A stretch of 64,000 nucleotides of DNA, taken from positions 181,908,001-181,972,000 of the forward strand of contig OX597815.1 of the NCBI GenBank assembly GCA_951406725.2, given 5' to 3'. The translations under genes were made by a program, and so were the position numbers. Of this stretch, positions 25,381-36,854 are shown in pieces (position 1 is the stretch's first letter; the number at the start of each line of letters is the position of its first letter). Origin of the DNA: Octopus vulgaris. Lineage: Eukaryota. Under the pieces are notes generated by a model that saw nothing but the letters and a program-made list of their open reading frames with translations, did not search any database and was not told where the DNA came from.

Positions 25381-26100
25381 CGTGAAGTACATTTGCCACC
25401 GAAATGTGGTGGACCCATACGGGACGATGCTAGTGTTGTTTATAGCCTTAGGAAGACATGTCCTCCAGGTGGCTAATATACTTCACGATTCTGTGCTGCT
25501 ACTGTTTACGTCTCACTCAGAGATTTATTATTACTTGTTTCTCCTTTTTTGAGATCAGTGACCATTTGTCACTGGAAAAAGCATATAGTATTTTTTGTTT
25601 GGAATGAGTTCTCATTGCAAGCTGGTAAGTGTCACACGCTGATGACAGGTTACTACCCAGAAACCCAGGTTGTGTGTATCACGTAAGGCTGATGATTTCC
25701 TTCACAAATACTATTTGGACACAGACAGCTGGAGGAGATGTCTTCCTGGGGCTATAAACAACAGTAGCATTGTCCCCTATGGGTCCTCCATATTTAGGTG
25801 GCAAATAAACTTTGTGATCAAGGCAGTGAGCTGGCAGAAACGTTAGTACACCGGGCGAAATGCTTAGCAGTACTTCATCTGTCTTTATGTTCTGAGTTCA
25901 AATTCCACTGAGGTTGACTTTGCCTTTCATCCTTTTGGGGTCGATAAATTAAGTAGCAGTTGCATACTGGGGTCGATCTAAGAAACTTGCCCCCTCCCCA
26001 CAAATTTCGGGCCTAGTGCCTACAAAAGAAAAGAAGTATACTTCATGATTCCATGCTGCTACTGTTTACGTCTAGCTCAGAGATTTATTATTGCTTATCA
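25381..26100 (+). mobile_element. Fold-back element with terminal redundancy and a degenerate hammerhead, interrupted by a family A SINE (25821-26033)
   Basis: Inverted arms 25381-25470 / 25727-25815; direct repeat 25476-25540 / 26034-26098 (atacttca.gatt..tgctgctactgtttacgtct..ctcagagatttattatt). Confidence 0.8.
25633..25676 (+). ncRNA. Degenerate minimal type I hammerhead ribozyme motif
   Basis: cacacg CTGATGA caggttactaccca GAAA cccaggt tgtgtg: core boxes and stem I present, stem II weakened, cleavage nucleotide apparently lost. Confidence 0.55.
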
Positions 26101-26569
26101 TTAAATAATTTGGACTATCTAAATACTTTAGTATCACAAGCAACACTAGACTGATTACTATTCTGACCTCAGAACTCTAGGTTAAATGTGAATACTGAAA
26201 ATACAAGTGACACTTTGTTATCTACTGAAAAACGAATTCAAAACAATATTACAATAGGTGTGCAAAAACCTGTATAAAGGAACTAAAAAAAAAAGCCATC
26301 GTAAATATAGTGTGTGTTAGACTACAGTTTGTGAAATATTAATTCCAGAAATGTAGCAGAAGTTAAGTAGCTCAGATCGAATCCATAGAGAGATCTTCAA
26401 TTATGAAGAATGGCCACAATGGGAGAGTTGGCTCTCAATAAATTCTGCAATAAGTCACTTAAGAAGTATTGTTGCATACTATTGGACCATGATATTATGT
26501 TAGTTTATTTGTGGCCTCTGTTTTCAGGTATTCTCAGAATAGTTGTTAATATTACTATAATGGAAAGTA

Positions 26570-26770
26570 GACATCTAGCAGAATTATTCACATGCTGAGC
26601 TGAATGTTTAGTGGTATTTTATCTGTCTTCACGTTCTGAGTTCAAATTCTACAGAGGTCAGCTTTACCTTTCATACTTTCAGGGTCAATAAAACAAGTAG
26701 CATTTGAATATCGGGGTCGATGTAATTGACTTACCCTCTAACCCCAAATTGATGAACTTGTACCAAAATT
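26570..26770 (+). mobile_element. Diverged SINE family A
   Basis: gttctgagttcaaattctacagaggtcagctttacctttcat. Confidence 0.75.
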
Positions 26771-26967
26771 AAAACACCAATATTACCATAATAATTTAAG
26801 TTGAAGTCACTACATTTTGATATACAGTAGCAGGGCATTTATTTACCTATCTCCCATTTATTTTATAAATAACAAAGTTATTCCAATCAGAGGTTACCTC
26901 AAAAGCACCCAAATCTTATTGAACTCCAATACATAACCAAAACAAAGAAATTTGTCAGGACTTAATA

Positions 26968-27128
26968 TTCTTCTCTACTCTAGGCACAAGGCCCGAAATT
27001 ATGAAGGAGGGAGCCAGTCGATTACACTGACACCAGTATGCAACTGCTATTTGATTTATTGCCCCCGAAAGGATGGAAGACAAAGTTGACCTCAGCGGAA
27101 TTTGAACTCAGACCGTAAAGACAGACGA
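26968..27128 (-). mobile_element. SINE family A, alternative tail
   Basis: ctactctaggcacaaggcccgaaatt...ggaatttgaactcaga. Confidence 0.8.
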
Positions 27129-27708
27129 AGCACTTAGCAAATATTATTGGCAAAAATATTCTGTAAACAAATGCAATGATACAATCCTTAGAAACACTTG
27201 TGTACTTATATAAATAAGAAGTTAATAAACAAACAAACTTGTGGAGTTAGATTGATTAATCAAAGATATTTTAGGAAAGTGTCATAAGAACAGAAATAAA
27301 ATTTTATCTCAAATGGAAAGGATATCAAAACTTTTGCTATTAATCATTTTAAGCTGTATTTATTTATTTTTTTTTTAATTTAAAGTTCTCTTATGCTTTT
27401 TAATCTTCTGAAATGTGAAGAAAATATTTGAATATGTTTAGAAGTTTGCATTGAAATATTTTTAATTTTTTTATTATGGTAGAGATAATTCTTAAAGTAT
27501 ATCAATATAAAATTAAACTGAACCCACGTTAATTTTTAAATTCAATTTTCATCAATAATTTCATTCAGAAATAATTTATAATTGCATTTCTCATTATATC
27601 TTTAATGAAGGATTCCTATATTATACAAACTCTACAGCCTGTGGTTGAGGCTCAGCATCCTAAGAGCAGTAAACATTGTAGATGCTTCACACAGATGGGT
27701 ATAGGAAA

Positions 27709-28260
27709 CATCATCATCATCATCGTTTGTTTTCCATGCTGGCATGGGCTGGATGGTTCGACCGGGGTCTGGGAAGCTAGGAGGATGCTCCAGGCTCCAG
27801 TCTGATCTGGCAGTGTTTCTACAGCTGGATGCCCTTCCTAACGCCAACCACTCCGTGAGTGTAGTTGGTGCTTTTTATGTGCCACTAGCACAGGGGCCAG
27901 AGGAGGCTGGCAAACAGCCACGATCAGTTGGTGCTTTTTACGTGCCACCAGCACGGAATAGCTACGAATATTCTGAAATGCTGATAGTCATCATCTTCAT
28001 CATCATTTAACATGTTTTTCATGCTGGCATGGGTTGGACGGTTTGACAGGAACTGGAAAGGCCAGGATCCACATCAGCTTTTATTGTTTGTTTTGACATT
28101 CTTTCTATAGCTGGATGTCCTTTTTAATGCCAACCACCCGACAGGAGCACATTGGGTGCTTTTTATGTGGAACCAGAACTAATGCTTTTTATATGGTACC
28201 ATCACCAGTGATTTTTTTTTTACGTGGTGCCAGCATGTAAGCTTTTTAAATGGCACTAGG
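27709..28260 (-). mobile_element. Two adjacent RTE 3' end fragments (27709-27957, 27990-28260)
   Basis: (cat)n followed by ccatgctggcatggg.tgga, twice. Confidence 0.8.
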
Positions 28261-28404
28261 TACCTTGCAAGACAAAACCCCCCTTAAATCAAGGGAATAG
28301 GGAGGGCGAATAACTAGCTCAAACCACAGTCGTGCACAACAGTTATTGAAACCAAGAACTTGCATACAGGAGCATTGTTTTTATTTCTTTATTGCCCACA
28401 AGGG

Positions 28405-29224
28405 GCTAAAATAGGAGCATTGTTCTGATGAAACAAGACCCTTTATCAGTTTTTCCAGTCTCGATAGCCTTTCATAACTGCTTCAGCAAGTGGGCACAGT
28501 ACTCTCCATTGATGGTGCGGCCCTTTTCAAGATACTCAATAAACACAATGCCTTTTGAATCCCCCAAAAACACTGAGGGCATCACCCTCCTTGTAGGTGA
28601 AATGACCATGACCTTCTTTGAAGTAGGTGAGCAAGGGTGTTTCCACTGCATTGATTGTCTCTTTGTCTCTGGTTCAAAGGGATGACCCCAACATTTATCC
28701 TGGGTTAGGAAATGTTCAAGGAACCCGATGGGATCTGCCTGAAACAATATCAGATTTCCCTGTGATGTGATCAGCCTGGTGCACTTTTGATCAGGTGTCA
28801 GAAGATGTGGCACTCACCAAGCAGAAACCATCATGTTCATTGTGCTGAATATTCTCAACTCTCTTGCAGGACATACTAATAACATTGGTTATTTGATTTT
28901 ACAGTCAATCACCTGTCATCCATCATTATATGGTGAACATGATCTATGTTTTCTTTCATGGTGGCAGTTGGGTTCTCTTCAACATTCTCCCTTCCCCTCC
29001 TAAATTCAGCTGGCCACTTTTGCACTCTTTTACTCTTTTACTTGTTTCAGTCATTTGACTGCGGCCATGCTGGAGCACCACCTTTAGTCGAGCAAGTCAA
29101 GCCCAGGACTTATTCTTTGTAAACCTATTACTTATTCTATCGGTCTCTTTTGCCGAACTGCTAAGTTATGGAGATGTAATCACACCACTATCGGTTGTCA
29201 AACGATGTTGGGGGGACACACGAA

Positions 29225-29274
<50 letters not shown>

Positions 29275-29572
29275 CAACGGGCTTCTTTCAGTTTCCATCT
29301 ACCAAATCCACTCACAAAGCTTTGGTTGGCCCGAGCTATAGTAGAAGACACTTGTCCTAGGTGCCATGCAGTGGGACTAAACCCGGAACCATGCAGTTCA
29401 TAAGCAAGCTACTTACCACACAGCCACTCCTACGCCTATGATAAAGCTGGAGCATCATCCTCTAATGTAGCAACCATGCCAGTATGTATGTCCTTATTGG
29501 TGGTGGTGGTGGTGGTGGGGAGGCTAAACCCATTTTCTGTACTTATTGACACCAGTATATCAAATTTTATCC
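28405..29572 (-). mobile_element. Decayed mariner (irritans-like, different family), split by a family B SINE (29025-29438)
   Basis: PHLLTPDQK..FLTQDKCW..PETKRQSMQW..KGIVFIEYLEKGRTINGEY, HQNNAP; N-terminal DIHTGMVATLEDDAPALS lies beyond the SINE. Confidence 0.85.
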
Positions 29573-30028
29573 TTTCTCAAGAAAAGTCGCTCCTAGTTAG
29601 TAGTGAAAAACACATTCAATACTGACAACGCAAATTAGAAAATAAAGCTTTCTTTTGTTTTTACTTAACTTTGGATTGATATTAGTTCAAATATTTTTTT
29701 TTCTTATTTTATAACAGTCAATATGTGCACTCTGAATGTAGTTCTACTTGTCAGTCTGTCCGTAGTTTTAATGTCCAGTCTTTTATGCTGGTATGGCTAG
29801 GATGAATCTGATGTATGGCGTATTAGGATTTATCTTAACCCAGTGTTATGTTGACTATTAAGACATATGTTAACAGATTTGATTTAATTAAGGTAAATCT
29901 ACTCATGATCATTCTAAAAGGTCTTTGAAAATTTTACTTGATCTTTTTCTGACAGCTATTTTCTAGTGTTAGTGTGCACAAAATTCTTTACTCAGCAGAA
30001 GTGAACCATTTGCAGTATATTGGTTTAA

Positions 30029-30536
30029 CCCTTTCGTTGAGATGCTCTGTGTTTCTGTTGAGATGCTCTGTGTTTCTTTCAATTACTTTAAATATAACAA
30101 AGAATTTGGTGGAGGTGTGTGGCTTAGTGGTTAGGCTGTCAGTATTATGATCATAAGATTGTGGTTTTAATTCCTGGACTGGGCGACGCGTTGTGTTCTT
30201 GAGCAAAACACTTCATTTCACGTTGCTCCAGTCCACTCAGCTGGCAAAAATGAGTAACGCTGCGATGGATTGGCATCCCATCCAGCTGGGGAACACTTAC
30301 GCCATAGAAACTTGGAAACCGGGCCCATGAGCCTGGTTAGGCTTTAAAAGGGTGCATTTGTTTTGTTGTTTTATAACAAAGAATTTAGTAAAATAACTTA
30401 GTTATCATTAAGCTAGTGTTAGGAACATAAATTATGACTAAGGTTTGGTGTAAGATTTTAAATCAAAACTTATGAAAACAAAGACATTTGTACTACAGAG
30501 CCAGAGGGAGTTTCAGCCAGGTCGGTAACGAAAGGG
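30029..30536 (+). mobile_element. TTAA-flanked piggyBac-type MITE containing a SINE
   Basis: TTAA-ccctttcgtt ... aacgaaaggg-TTAA. Confidence 0.85.
30108..30371 (+). mobile_element. V-SINE-like tRNA-derived SINE with 15-bp TSD
   Basis: tggcttagtggttagg head, gtgttcttgagcaaaacactt..ttgctccagtccactcagctg, gcgatggattggcatccc; TSD tataacaaagaattt (30093-30107 / 30372-30386). Confidence 0.85.
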
Positions 30537-30869
30537 TTAAAGGTTTGCTTAGAGTAAGGTGAACAATACTAGTGACCAGGCTAAGGGTCTCCGTGACTGG
30601 TAGAAGGAAAGGAGAAAGTTCTACTTCGACTGGAGACCTAGTCTGAAGGTTTGTAATGTATAGATTCTTCTTAAAACACTGAAGATACAAGGAGTAATGG
30701 CTAGAATTTAAATTCTTGGTATATGGTCAAGGATTGAAAGAAAAAAATAAAATCTACCACTCAGTATATGTCGATACTATCACTACCATTTCAGCATGAA
30801 TTATTCTATGCATTTAACTTTTTAACTATTTTCTCAGTTTTTTTATGTACAACTTTTTATTCAATTTAA

Positions 30870-31091
30870 CCCTTTCATTACCGTATTTATTTTGAGATGC
30901 TCTGTGTCTCTTTCAATTACTTTTAAATATAACAAAGAATTTAATAAAATAACTTAGCTATCATTCAGCTAATGTTAAGAACATAAATTGTGACTAACGT
31001 TTGGTGGAAGATTTTTAATTCAAAACTTTTGAAAACAAGACATTTGTACTCAGAGCCAGAGGCAGTTTCAGGTTGGTTGGTACCAAAAGGG
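30870..31091 (+). mobile_element. TTAA MITE copy 2
   Basis: ttaa-ccctttcatt ... ccaaaaggg-ttat; same body. Confidence 0.85.
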
Positions 31092-31243
31092 TTATACACA
31101 CCTCTACATTTGGGCAGATGTATATTAGAAGCTGTTGGAAGGATGTGGATTGAAGGAAATTTAGGCTTTTATTTCTAGCATATAAAATGACCACATTGAA
31201 GACTCCTTCTTTCATGGCTTCTGCTGATTATTTTTCTTCTTAA

Positions 31244-31459
31244 CCTTTTTTTTACCATATTTATTTTGAGATGTTCTGTGTTTCTTTCAATTTATTTTAA
31301 ATATAACAAAGAATTTAGTAAAATAATTTGGTTATCATTCAGCTGATGTTAGGAACATAAATTGTGACTAAGGTTTGGTGGAAGGTTTTAATTCAGAACT
31401 TATGAAGACATTTGTATTCAGAGCAAGAGCCGGTTTCAGCCGGGTTGATATTGAAAGGG
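31244..31459 (+). mobile_element. TTAA MITE copy 3
   Basis: ttaa-ccttttt ... tgaaaggg-ttaa; same body. Confidence 0.85.
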
Positions 31460-31811
31460 TTAAATGCTGTAAATTGAATGTTAAATATTCATATCAAAGT
31501 GTGCATCATATCAAAGTAGTTCTATTTGTCATTGTTTCAGCAGATTTAACATCCAGTCTCCTATGATGACACAGCTCTCCAGTCGATGTCAGCAACAGTC
31601 ACATATTTCACTGCATTGCACAATCACCAATGTTTACCATAGAGAGAAACTCTTGCTGTTAACAGGAATTCACCATTATCAATTCTGTAATTGGAACAGC
31701 AGAAATTACCTGCTTCTCTAGAAAGTCATCTAAGCAGAGCACCGTCTTCATTTCATGAGTGCCTCTATCACTAATTATATCTGTAGATGTACTAACGGTG
31801 CCATTGCAGAC

Positions 31812-31890
31812 AAGTAGTCACGATGGGTATACTGGGCTTCGTATATTTTACCCCAGTGTCACTTTGGTGACATGCAATGCTCTCTCACTC

Positions 31891-31925
<35 letters not shown>
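31812..31925 (+). mobile_element. AAT-associated retroposon 3' fragment
   Basis: gggtatactgggcttcgtatattttaccccagtgtcac..gctctctcactc(aat)n. Confidence 0.75.
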
Positions 31926-32362
31926 TAATAATAATGAAATTATTGTATACAGTGCTCAGGTGCACCACAACTTGTCAAAAGTGCATATAAAGCATATGCA
32001 GTAATGTGCAAATGTTTGGAAAGTGAACAATGTATGAGTCAGATACATGCTTGCGTGTGTATGGAGGGGAGAAAATCAGGTGTAGTGTTGGTGAATCTCA
32101 GGAAGCATGGAAGTTTTGAAGGATGCAGTGCTCCAACAACTAACAACTGATGGCGGCAGTTTGTTCCATACTTCAGCAACTTTCAGCATGAAAAAATGTT
32201 TCCGAAAGTCATGGGAGCTGTGCTGTTTTCTGACTTTGTAAACATGACCGCGGGTGTTAGACAGGTGGAGTTTGAAAAGGTGCTCAGAGTTATTGTTTGT
32301 AAGATGGTTAATAATTTTATGGGTGTCTGCCAAGTCAGCTGCCAGATGTCGGAGTTTCAATT
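31926..32362 (-). mobile_element. CR1-clade LINE 3' fragment with 3' UTR
   Basis: LRH..ADL..THKII..TRGHVYKV..RKHFF..KVAEVWNKLP.SVV...SFK, typical of a CR1 ORF2 C-terminus; ends in (att)n. Confidence 0.85.
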
Positions 32363-33239
32363 TTCTTGCTAAAAATTCAAGTATTCATAGACTTTTTGAT
32401 TCTAGTCCATTCCTCAATGACTGAAATTTATTCTGTACTTCTAAGACAGAACCTGTAATGAGAACCAAACCACCAGGATACAAATGAGAACAACAATATT
32501 GCTATTTACACAAACGTTCCGGTCTACAGTAAACAGCTGATTGTCCAAATTTATTCACCAGCATGCTAAAAATACTAACTTATCACCTAATGAGGGAACC
32601 TCTATCCAGTCGTTCATCCAGCTAAAAACAGCAGCTAATTCTATCATATTGCACATCATGGGCTAAAACAAGGTATGTGATGTTAGATGATGTATTCCTA
32701 CATAGCACTACAAAAGTCCAGATGGAGCCCCTATTTCAATCAAGATTGATTTGGGGTTAAATCAGTAGATGCCAAACATTTTCAGGTTGCCACCTCCTTG
32801 GCACCCAGACCACATTTCTAGCACCTCCTCACCCTCCCTACCACAAATATATACCACCTTTCTGCAGCAAATTAAAAACAACTGTATTTCACAAATAAAA
32901 CTTAAGCCTAATTCACCTATTAATATTTTTTTTTTACATCTATCACCCCATGATCATCCCACATTTCTTCAACACCCACCCAGATCTTTTCACCACCTCC
33001 AAAGGGGCAGTACTGCCCAATTTGGGTTAAATAACAGCAACAATCATTAAGCAACAGAGGCCTGTTTCTTTTTGGAGTAAAGATTGTTTGCCAACATAAC
33101 ATAGCAGTCCTGGTTTAGGACGAATGTTGCTGTAATTTAGCCCTAGGAGACATCGTCTCCAGCTGGCTATATGACACGATCTGTGTCCTTATATTTTCGA
33201 ACAAGGGAATTTAGCACCCCAACTCAGCTCAAAACAATG

Positions 33240-33284
33240 TCTGTGTTTCGCGATTTCTGGGTTATCTCCCTTCATCAGCACAGA
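33240..33284 (-). ncRNA. Antisense-arm copy of the hammerhead with a mutated cleavage triplet
   Basis: Minus strand tctgtg CTGATGA agggagataaccca GAAA tcgcg aAa cacaga (U16.1 changed to A). Confidence 0.6.
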
Positions 33285-33412
33285 ATAATTGTTCTCTCGT
33301 GAGATTTAAAAATAGTAATTTTCTAATTTATAGCTCAGAGACTAGTTGTCACTTTGAAAACTATATATTTAGAATGGGAATATGGCAGCGCCACCTCTAG
33401 CCGAACAATTAT

Positions 33413-33457
33413 TCTGTGCTGATGAAGGGAAATAACCCAGAAATCGCGATACACAGA
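33413..33457 (+). ncRNA. Minimal type I hammerhead ribozyme motif
   Basis: tctgtg CTGATGA a ggg aaataa ccc a GAAA t cgcg a TA cacaga: 6-bp stem I, 3-bp stem II, palindromic minimal stem III, AUA cleavage triplet at 33449-33451. Confidence 0.75.
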
Positions 33458-33847
33458 TATTGTTTTGAGCTGGGTGGGGGTGCTAGATTCCCTTGTTTGA
33501 AAATATAAGGACACAGATCATGTCGTATAGCCAGCTGGAGATGATATCTCCTGGGACTAAATTACAGCAACATTCGTCCTAAACCAGGATGGCCATGTTA
33601 TGTTGGCAAGTAAATCTTTACTGTTGCTGAATATCTCTCATTGTGAGATATACAAATAGTAATTTTCTGTTTACTTTTGTTTTCCTTTTTTTCTCTGCTA
33701 CTCTTATTAAAATACTATAATATACCTACTTAATCTAAACTAGCTGAACTGGTACTAGCAGTGGTTGCGGTTTAACCTTGTTGGGCCTGACATCCAATCC
33801 AGTGAGCCATCTTGTGCTCTCAATAACTTACATACCACAGAAACTAG

Positions 33848-34150
33848 GTGGAGGCACATGGCCCAGTGGTTGGAGCAGCGGACTCGCGGTCGAGGAATCG
33901 TTGGTTCGAATCTCTCAAACCGGGCGATGTGTGTGTTTATGAGCAAAATACCTAAGCTCCACGCGACTCCGGCAGAAGATAACGGCAAACTTCTGCTGAC
34001 TCTTTCGCCACAACTTTCTCTAACTCTTTCCTCCTGCATCTAGCAGCTCACCTGCAATGGACTGGAGTCCTGTCCAGGTAGGGAACCTATATGTCAATGA
34101 AACCGGGAAACCAACTCTTATGAGCCAGGCATGGCTTGAGAAGGGAAAAC
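33848..34150 (+). mobile_element. SINE family C (tail type 2)
   Basis: ggaggcacatggcccagtggttggagcagcggactcgcgg..ggttcgaatc..; tail tgcaatggactgg..gaaaccgggaaacc..atgagcc. Confidence 0.9.
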
Positions 34151-35189
34151 AAAGAAAAACAAAAAAAAAAAACAGAAACCAGCGTATGCTCTGGTCTGAT
34201 GGATTTGCCGGCTTGAGGCCTATTATAACTTTTGTTTTAAATTAAGTAGGTAACTTATGGACTACCTCATCCTATACGCACGTGATGCCCTCTGAGAAGA
34301 ACAGAGGGGCCATAAATATCATCTCTTCTCTTTCTACTAAATCATAGAAGAAACAAGATGTTCTAAGCTCTTGTATAATTGCATCAAGATGTGGGCAAAG
34401 GAATTACCAAAATTAACACTTGTTGCACACTTTTAAGCTAAATCAATTTGTCTGTTAACACATATGTTAATAATTCTGCCGTATGTGTGCGTGCATGTAT
34501 GTATGTATGTATGTATGCGTATGTGTGTATGTTTGTGCCTGAAAGAGGGCGGATCTCAAAAGTGATCAGCCAGGAAAGAAAACAAACGCAAGGAAAGGTT
34601 GATAAATAGATTTTAAGAAATAATTCTTTAGATTTACTCATAAACTTTGACTATTTTCATACACTTACATAGACATTCCACACACACCCACCATACATAC
34701 ATACACAAATATATGAGAAGAATATTAATCATACTGATTATCTTAAAATATGGGAATTTACTTCATTTATTATAAGATATAAGACTGGTGCACACATAAA
34801 GAAAGAATTTAGAAGTAAAGAGTGTGTGTGTGTGCTGTTTGTTTGTTTGTATCCGTATATGTTTAAAAATCAGAAAAAAGTCAGTTTTAGAGAAACATAA
34901 ATTTAAAGCTGCAATTTGTTCTGTTATCTGTTAATCTCGGGGGGTTTTTTTTTCTTTAAAGGTTTAAAAATTAAGTTTATAATCACTGATTATTTATTTT
35001 TAAATATAGTAAACATAGGAAGTGTATTTTGTTTTTAAATAAGAAGAAATATATAAGCAAAAAGTTAAATGATGATAAACAAAACAAGAGAAGTCAAAAA
35101 ATTATACCTGCTCTCATCTCTGGTATTACTGCAAACTGTCATTTCCCTTAAGATCGCCCTCTATGTATGTCTGGGGTTTTTATTTATTG

Positions 35190-36440
35190 TATGTGTAGGT
35201 GTGTGTGAGTATATGTGTGTTTGTGTGTGTGTGTGTGTGTATGTGTTTATGTATATGAGTGTTTTGTGTGTGTGTTCATGTGTGTTCATCTTTGCATGTG
35301 TGTGTGTGTTCATTTGTGTTTATGTATATGAGTATGTGTGTGTGTGTGTGTTCGTGTGCGTGTTTGTCTTTGCATGTGTGTGTACATGTGTGTGCATGCA
35401 TGTGCGTGTATGTTAGTGTGTGTGTATGTCTGTTTATGTATATGAGTGTTTGTGTGTGTATGTTCGTGTTTGCATGCATGTGTGTGTTCATTTGTGTTTA
35501 TGTATATGAGTATGTGTGTGTGTGTGTTCGTGTGTGTGTTTGGCTTTGCATGTGTGTGTACATGTGTGTGCATGCACGTGCATGTATGTATGTGCATGCG
35601 TGTGTGTTTATATATATGAGTGTTTGTGTGTGTGTATGTTCTTGTTTGCGTGCAAACATGTGTGCATTTGTGTTTATGTATATGAGTGTGTGTGTGTGTT
35701 TGTCTTTGCATGCGTGTGTACATGTGTGTGCATGCATGTGCGTGTATGTATGTGCATGCGTGTGTGTTAGTGTGTGTGTATGTTTGTTTATGTATATGAG
35801 TGTTTGTGTGTGTAAGTTCGTGTTTGCGCGCATGTGTGCATTTGTGTTTATGTATATGAGTGTGTGTGTGTACGTGTGTGTGTTTGTCTTTGCATGTGTG
35901 CATACATGTGTGTGCGTGCGTGTGCGTGTATGTATGTGCTTGCGTGTGTGTTTATGTATGTGTGTATGTCTGTTTATGTATATGAGTGTTTGTGTGTGTA
36001 CGTTCGTGTTTGCATGCATGCATGTGTGCATTTGTGTTTATGTATATGAGTGTGTGTGTGTACGTGTGTGTGTTTGTCTTTGCATGTGTGCATACATGTG
36101 TGTGCATGCATGTGCGTGTATGTATGTGCATGCATGCATGTGTGCATTTGTGTTTATGTATATGAGTCTGTGTGTGTTTGTCTTTGCATGTGTGCGTACA
36201 TGTGTGTGCATGCATGTGCGTGTATGTATGTGCATGCGTGTGCGTGTATGTATGTGTGTATGTCTGTTTATGTATATGAGTGTTTGTGGGTGTATGTTCG
36301 TGTTTGCATGCATGCATGTGTGCATTTGTGTTTATGTATATGAGTGTGTGTGTGTACGTGTATGTGTTTGTCTTTGCATGTGTGCATAAATGTGTGTGCG
36401 TGCATGTGCGTGTATGTATGTGCTTGTGTGTGTGTTTATG
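35190..36440. repeat. TG-rich compound minisatellite with a ~180-bp higher-order unit
   Basis: Anchor tttatgtatatgag recurs ~13 times, mostly with alternating ~60-72 and ~112-126 bp spacing. Confidence 0.85.
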
Positions 36441-36631
36441 ATTATGAGTATGGTTCTGTATAGAGAATGACACAAAGAATCTTATTTTGATCTTGGAAAT
36501 GCTTGAATAAGCACAGGAAGTCTTAATGCCTTCTGCGCTTATTGGCCTGCACACGTGCACGCATACAAGTATAGGTGTGCATAAGCAAACACAAACTGCA
36601 CTGATACACACATCTACCTATCTATCTCTCG

Positions 36632-36683
<52 letters not shown>

Positions 36684-36854
36684 ATGTGTGTGTATATATA
36701 TATTATATCAGACACAGCAAGAAAAAAATAAAAGGCAATCATGCATTCCTCCATGTATGTGCTTAGACGTACTTCACTCAAGTATTTACATATATATATA
36801 CAGAGATATATGCACATACACACACTCAAACACACACAAACACACATACATTCA

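Larger units (their letters stand above)
33076..33670 (+). mobile_element. Fold-back element with 220-bp arms, terminal redundancy and hammerhead motif (Penelope-associated / retrozyme-like)
   Basis: 33076-33294 is the reverse complement of 33403-33622; gtgagat..aaatagtaattttct repeats at 33299 and 33643 (period 344). Confidence 0.85.

Noticed and set aside
33848-33925. tRNA gene
   Set aside because: The A/B boxes belong to a multi-copy SINE head that continues into SINE body and tail; no complete cloverleaf was found. The same applies to the other SINE heads.
35259-36389. 376-aa Cys/Val/Met-rich ORF and His/Thr-rich antisense ORFs
   Set aside because: Artefact of the TG-rich minisatellite
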